Shown here: positions 19,356-27,776 of the stretch, one piece after another
How positions within the stretch are numbered: the first letter of the stretch is position 1
Layout of the letters: each line of letters starts with the position of its first letter
Assembly (NCBI GenBank): GCA_964384425.1
Contig: CAYLKE010000002.1
Location: 10,365-74,364, forward strand
Direction: 5' to 3'
DNA length: 64,000 bases
DNA from: an uncultured Methanosarcinales archaeon
GTDB lineage: Archaea > Nanobdellota > Nanobdellia > Woesearchaeales > JAGLXL01
Translations under genes and position numbers: made by a program
The notes under the pieces: generated by a model
Database searches by the model: none
What the model saw: only the letters and a program-made list of their open reading frames with translations
Told to the model about the DNA's origin: nothing

Positions 19356-20294
19356 ATGAAAAATAGAAAAATAATTATCACTGGAGGAGCAGGAGAAGTT
19401 GGATTAAATCTCATAAACCTTATTAATAAGAAAAAATATCAGGTAATTGTTATTGATAAGAATAAACACAATATTAATATTGCAAAAAAGATATCTTCAA
19501 ATATTGATTGTTATTGTTATGATCTTTCAAAAAAGGGAGAATGGGAAGATTTGTTCAAGAATGCGTATTGTGTTGTTCAATTGCAAGCCCAAATATCTTC
19601 ATCTTACAAAAAACCTTACATAAAGAATAATATTCATTCAGTTAGAAATGTTGTGGAAGTATGTGAAAAAAATAAAATAAAGAATTTAATTCATTTGAGT
19701 TCTTCTGTTGTGATATCTGTTGCAAAAGATCATTACACCAATACAAAAAGAATAGGGGAAGAAATTGTTAAAAAAAGTAACGTCCCCCACATAATATTAA
19801 GGCCTTCGTTAATGTATGGTTGTTTTGATATAAAACATTTGGGATTTTTAAAAAAATTCTTTTTTTCACCAATATATCCTATTCCTGGAAGTGGCAAATA
19901 TATCAGACAACCTTTATTTGTAGAAGACATGTGTAATGTTATTATTAATTCTATCGAAAAGAAAAAAGACAATAGTATTCATAATATTATTGGAAAAGAA
20001 AGAATCTATTTCATAAATCTTCTTAGATTATTAGCAAAGAAATTAAATAAAAAAATAATTTTTTTCCCTTTACCTTTACCAGCATTTAATATAATGTTAA
20101 AATTTTATAGTTCATTATTTTCAAAAAACCCATTGATACCAGAACAATTAACAGCATTAATGGCAGGAGACAGATTTCCAGTAAGTGATTGGGACAAAGT
20201 TTTTAATGTTGAGTATACTCCTTATAAAAAAGGTTTAAAAAAGATGATTGAATCTCCTTATTTTGAATATGGTAAAATGATGAAAAAAGATTAA
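19356..20294 (+). CDS. NAD-dependent epimerase/reductase (SDR family)
   Basis: It has a TGGAGEVG Rossmann motif and a YTNTK YxxxK segment. Confidence 0.7.
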   Translation: MKNRKIIITGGAGEVGLNLINLINKKKYQVIVIDKNKHNINIAKKISSNIDCYCYDLSKKGEWEDLFKNAYCVVQLQAQISSSYKKPYIKNNIHSVRNVVEVCEKNKIKNLIHLSSSVVISVAKDHYTNTKRIGEEIVKKSNVPHIILRPSLMYGCFDIKHLGFLKKFFFSPIYPIPGSGKYIRQPLFVEDMCNVIINSIEKKKDNSIHNIIGKERIYFINLLRLLAKKLNKKIIFFPLPLPAFNIMLKFYSSLFSKNPLIPEQLTALMAGDRFPVSDWDKVFNVEYTPYKKGLKKMIESPYFEYGKMMKKD

Positions 20295-20296
20295 AA

Positions 20297-22042
20297 ATGT
20301 TTAATAAAAAAATAAAAAAAATATTGTTGGGAGTAATTATTTTAGCACTACTTTACTTAATATTTAATTTTGCACAATTAACACTTAGTTATAAGCATCT
20401 TCCTGGTCCTGTATATGGAGGAGATGTTTATAGAGATAGAGGTTTTATACAAAGTATTGTTGTTGGATTTGATGCACAGGATGATGGTTATTTTCTGAAT
20501 CATGCACAGTATTATAATTGGGGTATGTCATTTGTTTTAGGTAATGTGATAAAATTATTTAACTTAAATATTGAACAATCTATGCTATGGTTTGCTTTTT
20601 TTATTTATTTGGGATGTATAACAATGTATTATTTTATTGGAAAAGAAGTTTTTGGAACAAGATTAAAAGCTAGCTTGGTTTCATTACTTGGAGCAATATG
20701 GTTTATTTATCCTTCAGTAAAATTTACTCAATCAGCCAATTTACTATTGTTAATTTCAATTTATTTTTTATTCAAATATATAAATACTAAAAAAGGAAAA
20801 TATAATTACTATTCTGGTTCAATTATTGCTTTTTGTGGTTTGATATATGGGGCAACATATTTTCCTTATCTCTTTTTTTATGCCATTTGGAATTTAATTG
20901 AAGTAATTAAATTATTTAGAAAAGATTTGAAAGAAAAGATTAAATTATCTTATTCAAAGATTAAGAAGTATTTTGTTTATATCATACCTACAGCTATTGC
21001 AGGAATTATTCCATTTGTTATACATTATCTTCCTTTAATGTTAAGGTATGGATCACATAATCCAAATCCTGTCTATGAGTATGGAGATATTGCAATTGAA
21101 AATTATAATATTTTTTATGTTGCATTAAATGAATTAAAAAAATTTTTTAATGTATCTCATTGGGTTCTGTTCTGTTTAGGAATATTGGCATTATTAGGAT
21201 TACTTTTATTTATGATAACAAAAGGGAATAAATCATCTTTTTTCAAAAAATATTATTTCTTAAATTTTATCCCTCAATTACACCATTATATCACAAAACC
21301 CTTAATGGGAAAATGGTTTTTTCCACATAAAATGGGAATAAAGCATTTTATTTTTCCAATATTTATTGTTAAATCTATAGATATATCAAAATTATTTAAA
21401 AAATACAAAAAAATGCCACAAATTTTATTCCTAATTATATTGGTACTTTCATTAATTTATATACCAATTAAAATAAATCAACATGAAAGTAGTAAATGGG
21501 TTAAATATGGTCAACAAATGGATCCATCCACACAGATGATTTATGATGTTGGAAATTACTTAAAAATTATAATAAATAATAATGAAACCATTTTAGCTAA
21601 TGATGAAACATCTTTTGCATTGATGGCTTTATCAGGTAAAAAAGTTGTTATAAGTAGAAGAACTCATGCCAGTTATTATGTTGATATTGATAAAAGAATA
21701 GCTGACACAGCAATAATATTATATGGTAACAATAGTAAATTGAGAAAAGACTTGTTAAACAAATATAAGACCAATTATTTTTATGAAGATCAATTTTTAC
21801 ATTCTACACAAATGAATACTCGAGTTGAATTTTCTAATTATTTAAGTGAAAATGGCGTTAATTTTACAATAAAGAAAATACCTATTGATCCTGCAACAAC
21901 AATTTATTATGGAACAGTTTACGAAAGAATAATAATTATGCCAAGGGAATTGAATGAAAATTTTATTAAAATGTTAAAACCAGTAAGACAATTTAAAATA
22001 AATTCACAAATTGCCTCAGTTCTTTACAGAATAAATAACTAA
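20297..22042 (+). CDS. Large polytopic membrane protein, candidate GT-C-fold glycosyltransferase
   Basis: It has about 10-12 hydrophobic helices in the first 400 aa or so, an acidic first loop (FDAQDDGY) and a C-terminal soluble domain of about 170 aa. It is the last gene of the operon, 2 nt after the SDR. No family-specific motif was recognised. Confidence 0.4.
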   Translation: MFNKKIKKILLGVIILALLYLIFNFAQLTLSYKHLPGPVYGGDVYRDRGFIQSIVVGFDAQDDGYFLNHAQYYNWGMSFVLGNVIKLFNLNIEQSMLWFAFFIYLGCITMYYFIGKEVFGTRLKASLVSLLGAIWFIYPSVKFTQSANLLLLISIYFLFKYINTKKGKYNYYSGSIIAFCGLIYGATYFPYLFFYAIWNLIEVIKLFRKDLKEKIKLSYSKIKKYFVYIIPTAIAGIIPFVIHYLPLMLRYGSHNPNPVYEYGDIAIENYNIFYVALNELKKFFNVSHWVLFCLGILALLGLLLFMITKGNKSSFFKKYYFLNFIPQLHHYITKPLMGKWFFPHKMGIKHFIFPIFIVKSIDISKLFKKYKKMPQILFLIILVLSLIYIPIKINQHESSKWVKYGQQMDPSTQMIYDVGNYLKIIINNNETILANDETSFALMALSGKKVVISRRTHASYYVDIDKRIADTAIILYGNNSKLRKDLLNKYKTNYFYEDQFLHSTQMNTRVEFSNYLSENGVNFTIKKIPIDPATTIYYGTVYERIIIMPRELNENFIKMLKPVRQFKINSQIASVLYRINN

Positions 22043-22470
22043 TCTCTCTTCTCTCTCCAATCATCAATCGCTTTCCTCAATGCTTGGTCCCCTAAGACTG
22101 AACAATGTACTTTATTTGGAGGTAATCCTTCTAATCTTTCAAGAATATCTTTAGGAGTTATCTTATATGCTTCATCTACATTCATTCCTTTCACCATCTC
22201 AGACAAAACAGAAGTTGATGCAATCGCACTTGCACATCCAAATGTTCTCCATTTACACTCAATTATTTTATTATCTTTTACTCGAATCCACATCTCCATT
22301 ACGTCTCCACAAACTGGACTTCCAGCTGTTCCTTTTCCATCATACTTGTAATGTTTAATATCTTCTTCAGACATGAAATTACGCGGATTAAAGAAATGAT
22401 CTTTTACTTGTTCTGAATAAGTCCAAGGAATGTTATCTTTCTTTTTCTTATTAATATTTTTATCTTTCAT
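22039..22470 (-). CDS. iscU: Iron-sulfur cluster scaffold protein, IscU/NifU-like
   Basis: The cluster ligands are present in VCGDVM, GCASAIASTS and VHCSVLG. Confidence 0.85.
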   Translation of the reverse strand: MKDKNINKKKKDNIPWTYSEQVKDHFFNPRNFMSEEDIKHYKYDGKGTAGSPVCGDVMEMWIRVKDNKIIECKWRTFGCASAIASTSVLSEMVKGMNVDEAYKITPKDILERLEGLPPNKVHCSVLGDQALRKAIDDWREKRD

Positions 22471-22471
22471 C

Positions 22472-23041
22472 TTATATAAGTCCTAATCTTTCAACATCTT
22501 TCCATTTAAGTTTTATAATTTTTCCTGTTTCAATCTTCTGTAAAGTAACTTCTTTACTTAACTTCTTAACAACAACTTCATCTCCTTTATATTCTATCTT
22601 ATCTCCTTTCTTGAATTTAGGAAGTTTAAACAACAATGATAAACGATATAAGTCCTTATCTTTCTTTTTAGTGTGAAGGGTATATGATTTCTTAATCATG
22701 CCCCCAATTTTCTTTTGCATTAATTTCCCCAGCTGAACAACAAACTTCTGATCATCAATATAAATATCATATCCTCCTCTTACTTTAATTGCCTTTGCAA
22801 CATTTGCCCCACTTTCTAATATTAATTCCTTAATATTTTGAAATATAACTTTTGGGACGTTTCTAAGCTGAAGAATTCCTTCAAAATAATCCTTATGTCT
22901 TGAGATTACCTTTTTGTGTTTTATTTCACTAGTTTTATTATTTTCTTTCTTTAAACTATCTCTTTTAGAAGTCTTTCTGCATTTCTCACACAAATTCTTT
23001 TCAAATTTACCTTTCTTTCCACATTTCACACAAAAATCCAT
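22472..23041 (-). CDS. NMD3-like protein (short archaeal form)
   Basis: It has N-terminal zinc-ribbon Cys pairs (CVKCG...CEKC) and an EGILQLRN segment resembling the NMD3 signature. Confidence 0.45.
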   Translation of the reverse strand: MDFCVKCGKKGKFEKNLCEKCRKTSKRDSLKKENNKTSEIKHKKVISRHKDYFEGILQLRNVPKVIFQNIKELILESGANVAKAIKVRGGYDIYIDDQKFVVQLGKLMQKKIGGMIKKSYTLHTKKKDKDLYRLSLLFKLPKFKKGDKIEYKGDEVVVKKLSKEVTLQKIETGKIIKLKWKDVERLGLI

Positions 23042-23095
23042 GATAATTGTTAATATAAGAACTTTAAAAATGTTTTTTTATTTTTGTTTAAAAAG

Positions 23096-23116
23096 GTTGC
23101 GTTTTAGAAACGCAAC
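23096..23116 (-). terminator. Perfect 9-bp stem / 3-nt loop hairpin followed on the minus strand by a T-run
   Basis: GTTGCGTTT-TAG-AAACGCAAC forms the hairpin. On the minus strand it is followed by CCTTTTTAAAC. It lies about 200 nt downstream of the EamA gene and about 55 nt upstream of the NMD3-like start. Confidence 0.3.
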
Positions 23117-23251
23117 GTTTATAAATAAATTTTAATAAAACAAAATACAAACTATATCTGAAAAAATTTTAATATTACAAAATTCTTATATCTAAAAATC
23201 ATTCATAAATACTTCAACTTGTTATTTTGATTTATTCCAATAATCTTTCGA

Positions 23252-23298
23252 TATATCGAACAATTTCTCAAATAATCATCCATTATATCGAACAATTT
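23252..23298. repeat. Two perfect 15-nt direct repeats (TATATCGAACAATTT) spaced 32 nt apart
   Basis: The copies are at 23252-23266 and 23284-23298. The first copy overlaps a 12-nt perfect palindrome, TCGATATATCGA (23248-23259). Confidence 0.6.
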
Positions 23299-23317
23299 AA
23301 TTAATTTAAGTTAAAAA

Positions 23318-24181
23318 TTACAACAATGTTATCAACAAAACTCCAATCAACATAATAGATGCTCCTAATAATCTCTTTTTCCAATCAACTTCTTTAAACA
23401 AGAAATGTCCCCATAAAACAGCTAAGATAATACTTACTCTTTTTATTGCACTTACATATATTGCAAGAGTGAAATGTAATGCAAACATATATGATATCCA
23501 CATTGCTGCTCCAATAACACCCAATGGAAGAAGATGTCTTAATTCATGTCTGAACATCTCAACATGCTCATGTTTTCTTAAGAATATTAAAGGGATCATT
23601 ATAATAACAATATATGCATTTATTGCAAATGCCCAAAATAAAGGAGAAGAATTTTCTATACCTACTTTATCAAATATTGTTGTAAATGCCCATAAAAAAG
23701 ATACTAATAACATTGTTCTACTTGCTTTATTTCTAAACAAAGATTTTATAGGTTCTAATATTCCTTTTTTGTGTTTTGTTGCATTCAACATATATGAACC
23801 TATAACAATAAACTTAACACCCAACAAACCCCAAAAATTTGGAAATTCTCCTAATATTAAAGGAGATAAAAATAATAAAAATAAAGGAGTAAAAGCAACC
23901 ATAGGTATAACTAATGAAAGTTCTCCTTCTTTCATAGATTTAAAAAAATAAATTGTTGCGAGAGTATTAAGAAATCCTCCACAAAATAATGCCAACCAAA
24001 ACATCCCATTAAATGTTGGAAAATCAATAAAAAATAAAGGTATTAAAAGAAAAGGTAATGCAAATAAACGAGATGACCAACTTACAACATATTCATCAAG
24101 ATAATGTAGAGATTCTTTGCTAAATACACCTCTTAATGAAGAGAGAAACGCTGTAAAAAATGCAAGTACATAGCCTATCAT
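23318..24181 (-). CDS. EamA/DMT-superfamily transporter
   Basis: The protein has ten predicted hydrophobic helices in a two-repeat EamA-like layout. Confidence 0.7.
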   Translation of the reverse strand: MIGYVLAFFTAFLSSLRGVFSKESLHYLDEYVVSWSSRLFALPFLLIPLFFIDFPTFNGMFWLALFCGGFLNTLATIYFFKSMKEGELSLVIPMVAFTPLFLLFLSPLILGEFPNFWGLLGVKFIVIGSYMLNATKHKKGILEPIKSLFRNKASRTMLLVSFLWAFTTIFDKVGIENSSPLFWAFAINAYIVIIMIPLIFLRKHEHVEMFRHELRHLLPLGVIGAAMWISYMFALHFTLAIYVSAIKRVSIILAVLWGHFLFKEVDWKKRLLGASIMLIGVLLITLL

Positions 24182-24220
24182 AAATTGAATAATAAATATT
24201 TTATTTAATAAATTATCGGT

Positions 24221-26362
24221 TTAAACTCCTAACAACCCCAATATATCGTCCCCATATTTCATTATCTTTGTGGGACCCAGTCCATGAATTTCTTTAAGTT
24301 CATCTTTTGAAGAAGGCATTTTTTGCGCTATATCAAGAATTGTTTTGTCATTAAATATAATATATGCTGGTGTGTTCATTTGCTGGCTTAAATCTCTTCT
24401 CCAATCTTTTAAACGTTGCATAACATCAAGCATTGTTATATTTGTAGATCTATTAAGTGCTTTATTTTTTCTTAATTTTATTTCAGGAGCTTTTATTTTC
24501 TGTTTTTTCTTTTTCAGTATATTTTGCATTTCATCTGTTATAAAGTAAGTTGGAGATTTTGTTGAATATGTTATATATAAATTATCTTTTGCTCTTGACA
24601 TAGCAACATAAAATAATCTTTTTTCTTCCTCTTCTTTATCATATTCATCAACCTTAATAAGATCAACAACAGGATGCTCACTTGCTTTACATGGAAAATT
24701 CATTGCACTAGCACCTATTACAAAAACAACTTTTGCTTCTAATCCTTTTATTGCATGAACTGTTGCAAGAGTTACATCGTCTTTTGATGCCATCACACTT
24801 CTTCTAGTTTCATCAGAACGCACAATATGTTTTATATTATGTGCTTTTAAATAAACAGAAAGTTCATTTAATTGCTTATTTGTTCGAGCTAAAACAAATA
24901 TTTCAGAACGAGGTATGTTTGTTGAGAGTATCTTTCCAACAATAAATTCAAATTCTTCATTTTCTGAATTAAATTTTAAGAGATGTGTATCTTTTTCTCC
25001 ATCTCTTATTGATTCCAAATCATTTAATCCCAAAGATGATATGCTTTTGTTAATCAAATTAACAATATGTTTATTGGAACGATAATTTTTTGTTAGAGTC
25101 ACAATTTCACAATCAGGATATTTATCTTCAAAATTCATTATATATCCTATATCTGATCCTCTCCAACCATAAATTGATTGTCTTGGATCTCCAACACAAA
25201 AAAGATTTTTTGAATTAAGTGTATCTAATAGTTTTATCTGTGTTGAATTTACATCTTGATATTCATCTACAAGAATATGTTCAAATTGAGGAATAGTTTC
25301 AGGATGTGTTTCAAATAATCTAAGAACATCTATTAATTGATCTGCAAAATCTCTTAATCCTTTTTCTTTCATATAATCTTCTATAAAATTACACACCCCA
25401 TAAACGAGATTAACTGCACCAGCATGTTTTGAATCTTGCACAATAAAACTTTCTCTAGAAACAGGTTTATGTTTAAATTTAAGATAGTCTCTTATAAAAA
25501 AACAATCATTCATAAATATATTTGCAAGTTGATCTTGTGTTTTTGATTTTCTTTGGGCATAAGTAAAATAGATATTTATTGCTCTTCCCATATCAAGATT
25601 TATTGAATTAAGAGCTTTTTTTGTCATTATTATCTTATCCCTATAATTAATAACTTTCATTGTTCTATCATAAAGAAGATCATTATGTTTTCTCAACAAT
25701 TTTTCACAGAATGAATTAAATGTTTCAACACGAACTTTTTCCATCCCATTCATTTCAGATATTCTTTTAAGCATCTCACTTCTTGCTTTTCTTGTAAATG
25801 TTATTGCTAATATTTTATTAGAGTCTACTGATCTGTATTTTGAAAGAAATTGTATTCTTTTTGTAAGGACTGTTGTTTTTCCACTTCCTGCTCCTGCAAT
25901 ACATAAAACCTTATCATTGCAAGATATTATTGCTTTCTTTTGTTCATCATTGTATTTCCCTAAGAAATGATCAAGTGCTTTGAAAAGTTCTCTATCTTTT
26001 TCAGTTATTTCTGTTTTTATTTCCTTACAACTAAATGCAAGTTTCTTTTTGTAATGTTGAGGATTAGATATTTCTTTTATTCCTTTGTTTGTGAGTTGTA
26101 ATACTTTCAAGTATTTGTTATATGGTACTGAAATAAATCTTATTAATCCATTCATTAAAAGATTATCTACAAGATGCATAAGTTCATCTTGCTCATATGC
26201 CATACATCCAAATGAAGGCTTTTTATCTAAACTATTTCTTGTAATAGAAGAATTACTTTTATCTCCCCTAAGAAAATCAACTAAAAGCTTCTTTCCAACA
26301 TTAAATGGAAGCTCATTTAATGCTTTTAATATATTAAGATAGTCTAACTCTTTTTTTTGCAT
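24221..26362 (-). CDS. UvrD/PcrA-family SF1 helicase with N-terminal winged-helix and C-terminal HRDC domain
   Basis: It has Walker A AGAGSGKTT, DEYQD, NYRS, VHAIKGLEA and MSRAK helicase motifs. The C-terminal WRRDLSQQMNTPAYIIFNDKTILDIA...GLG segment is HRDC-like. Confidence 0.85.
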   Translation of the reverse strand: MQKKELDYLNILKALNELPFNVGKKLLVDFLRGDKSNSSITRNSLDKKPSFGCMAYEQDELMHLVDNLLMNGLIRFISVPYNKYLKVLQLTNKGIKEISNPQHYKKKLAFSCKEIKTEITEKDRELFKALDHFLGKYNDEQKKAIISCNDKVLCIAGAGSGKTTVLTKRIQFLSKYRSVDSNKILAITFTRKARSEMLKRISEMNGMEKVRVETFNSFCEKLLRKHNDLLYDRTMKVINYRDKIIMTKKALNSINLDMGRAINIYFTYAQRKSKTQDQLANIFMNDCFFIRDYLKFKHKPVSRESFIVQDSKHAGAVNLVYGVCNFIEDYMKEKGLRDFADQLIDVLRLFETHPETIPQFEHILVDEYQDVNSTQIKLLDTLNSKNLFCVGDPRQSIYGWRGSDIGYIMNFEDKYPDCEIVTLTKNYRSNKHIVNLINKSISSLGLNDLESIRDGEKDTHLLKFNSENEEFEFIVGKILSTNIPRSEIFVLARTNKQLNELSVYLKAHNIKHIVRSDETRRSVMASKDDVTLATVHAIKGLEAKVVFVIGASAMNFPCKASEHPVVDLIKVDEYDKEEEEKRLFYVAMSRAKDNLYITYSTKSPTYFITDEMQNILKKKKQKIKAPEIKLRKNKALNRSTNITMLDVMQRLKDWRRDLSQQMNTPAYIIFNDKTILDIAQKMPSSKDELKEIHGLGPTKIMKYGDDILGLLGV

Positions 26363-26402
26363 AAATCTTGCAAATTGTCTCCCTTTAATAATATTTTTAT
26401 AG

Positions 26403-27776
26403 TTAAGTTAATAAAACAAGCATATGTTCTCTAAAAAAGTTAAATTTATCTGAACAATTGTTAATTCCCATTAAAACACCATAATATTTCTTTCTCAATT
26501 CAAATGCTTTTTTTGATGTAAGTCCTTTCCCACATTTGTATGTTATTTTTTCATCTAATAATGTTCTTGGAGTCATTTTTACATCAGTTATATAGTATTT
26601 TTCTGGATTCTTAAAAACATAAGATCCTTTCTGTAATCCAAATATTGATGTAAGAACAAGATCGACATTATCTTTATTTTTTCTTAAAAATTTAATTGTG
26701 TCTTCAAATTCATCAAGTGTTTCTGTTGGAAATCCAAACATTATGAAAAGAGAATTTATTATGCCTGCGTCATGAGAATCTTTCAACACTTTTTCTATAT
26801 CCCTTACAATTGTTCCTTTTCTCATCATATTTAAAACTCTTTGATTTCCTGATTCTACACCCCACATAACTATTCGCAATCCAGAATCTTTTAATTTTTG
26901 TAATGTTTCTTTATCCAATAAATGTATTGGTTTAAGTTGACAAGTCCATTTGACATGCAATGGGGCAATCATCTCAGCAATCTCTAGTAGTCGGGACTTA
27001 CTTATCATATCATCTATAAAGAAAAAATGTTCTGCACCAGAAGAAACAATTGTTTTTCTTATATCTTCCAAATCATATTCAAAATATTTTTCATTGCTAT
27101 GATGAGTACAGAAAGCACACTTCCTATAATAACAAGTGCTTGATGATTTTATTGGAATAACTGTTTTTGGAGTAAAATAATCTTCTAAAGGATATTGTTT
27201 AAAATCAAGAACTCTGTCCACATTTAATTTACTGCAAGGAATCTTTTTGTTATTTATATGATTAAGAAGTTCAACTTCATTTTTAAGATAATAATCTGCT
27301 TTTCTTGAAAGTGCTTCTGAAACTGCCTCTCCACCAACAATTGTTTCAATTCCTAATTTTTTTAATTCTTTTATTAAAGAATATGTATAAAACACTTGAC
27401 TAGAATAAACTAAACTAAATGCCACAATATCTGGAGAATATTTTTTTATCTCATCCAATAAATTGTCAAACATTTCTGGTTTTTTGTTATTTAATATTAA
27501 TTTATTATTTTTTGAATAACATTTTCTTGATAAAAATAAATACTTGTCCAGTTTATTCTCATATGCTTTGCTTATCTTTTTTACAGAAGAAAAATATTTT
27601 CCAAATTCTGAAAATTTAAGTTTATGGAATTTCAGATTAAGATCGAGTAAATTAATTTCATTTTTTATAGTTAAGTTATTTTCAAGAAAATTCTTTAGAT
27701 TTGTTATTGAATAGGGCGGTGTTGCAGGAGTACAGAAAGGTGAATATATTAATAGTATTTTTTTCATAATTATCAA
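26403..27776 (-). CDS. B12-binding-domain radical SAM protein (class B-like)
   Basis: The N-terminal flavodoxin-like module (ILLIYSP..., VAFSLVYSS, IVGG) is followed by a Cys cluster CYYRKCAFC and a GVESGNQRVL...GFPTET core. Confidence 0.75.
   Translation of the reverse strand: MIIMKKILLIYSPFCTPATPPYSITNLKNFLENNLTIKNEINLLDLNLKFHKLKFSEFGKYFSSVKKISKAYENKLDKYLFLSRKCYSKNNKLILNNKKPEMFDNLLDEIKKYSPDIVAFSLVYSSQVFYTYSLIKELKKLGIETIVGGEAVSEALSRKADYYLKNEVELLNHINNKKIPCSKLNVDRVLDFKQYPLEDYFTPKTVIPIKSSSTCYYRKCAFCTHHSNEKYFEYDLEDIRKTIVSSGAEHFFFIDDMISKSRLLEIAEMIAPLHVKWTCQLKPIHLLDKETLQKLKDSGLRIVMWGVESGNQRVLNMMRKGTIVRDIEKVLKDSHDAGIINSLFIMFGFPTETLDEFEDTIKFLRKNKDNVDLVLTSIFGLQKGSYVFKNPEKYYITDVKMTPRTLLDEKITYKCGKGLTSKKAFELRKKYYGVLMGINNCSDKFNFFREHMLVLLT

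Noticed and set aside
18992-19414. 140-aa minus-strand ORF spanning the end of the FAD oxidoreductase gene and the start of the SDR gene
   Set aside because: It is antisense to two motif-supported genes. Its Ile/Phe-rich composition looks like non-coding translation.
23469-23951. 160-aa plus-strand ORF
   Set aside because: It is antisense to the EamA transporter gene and has no motif. It is a shadow ORF.
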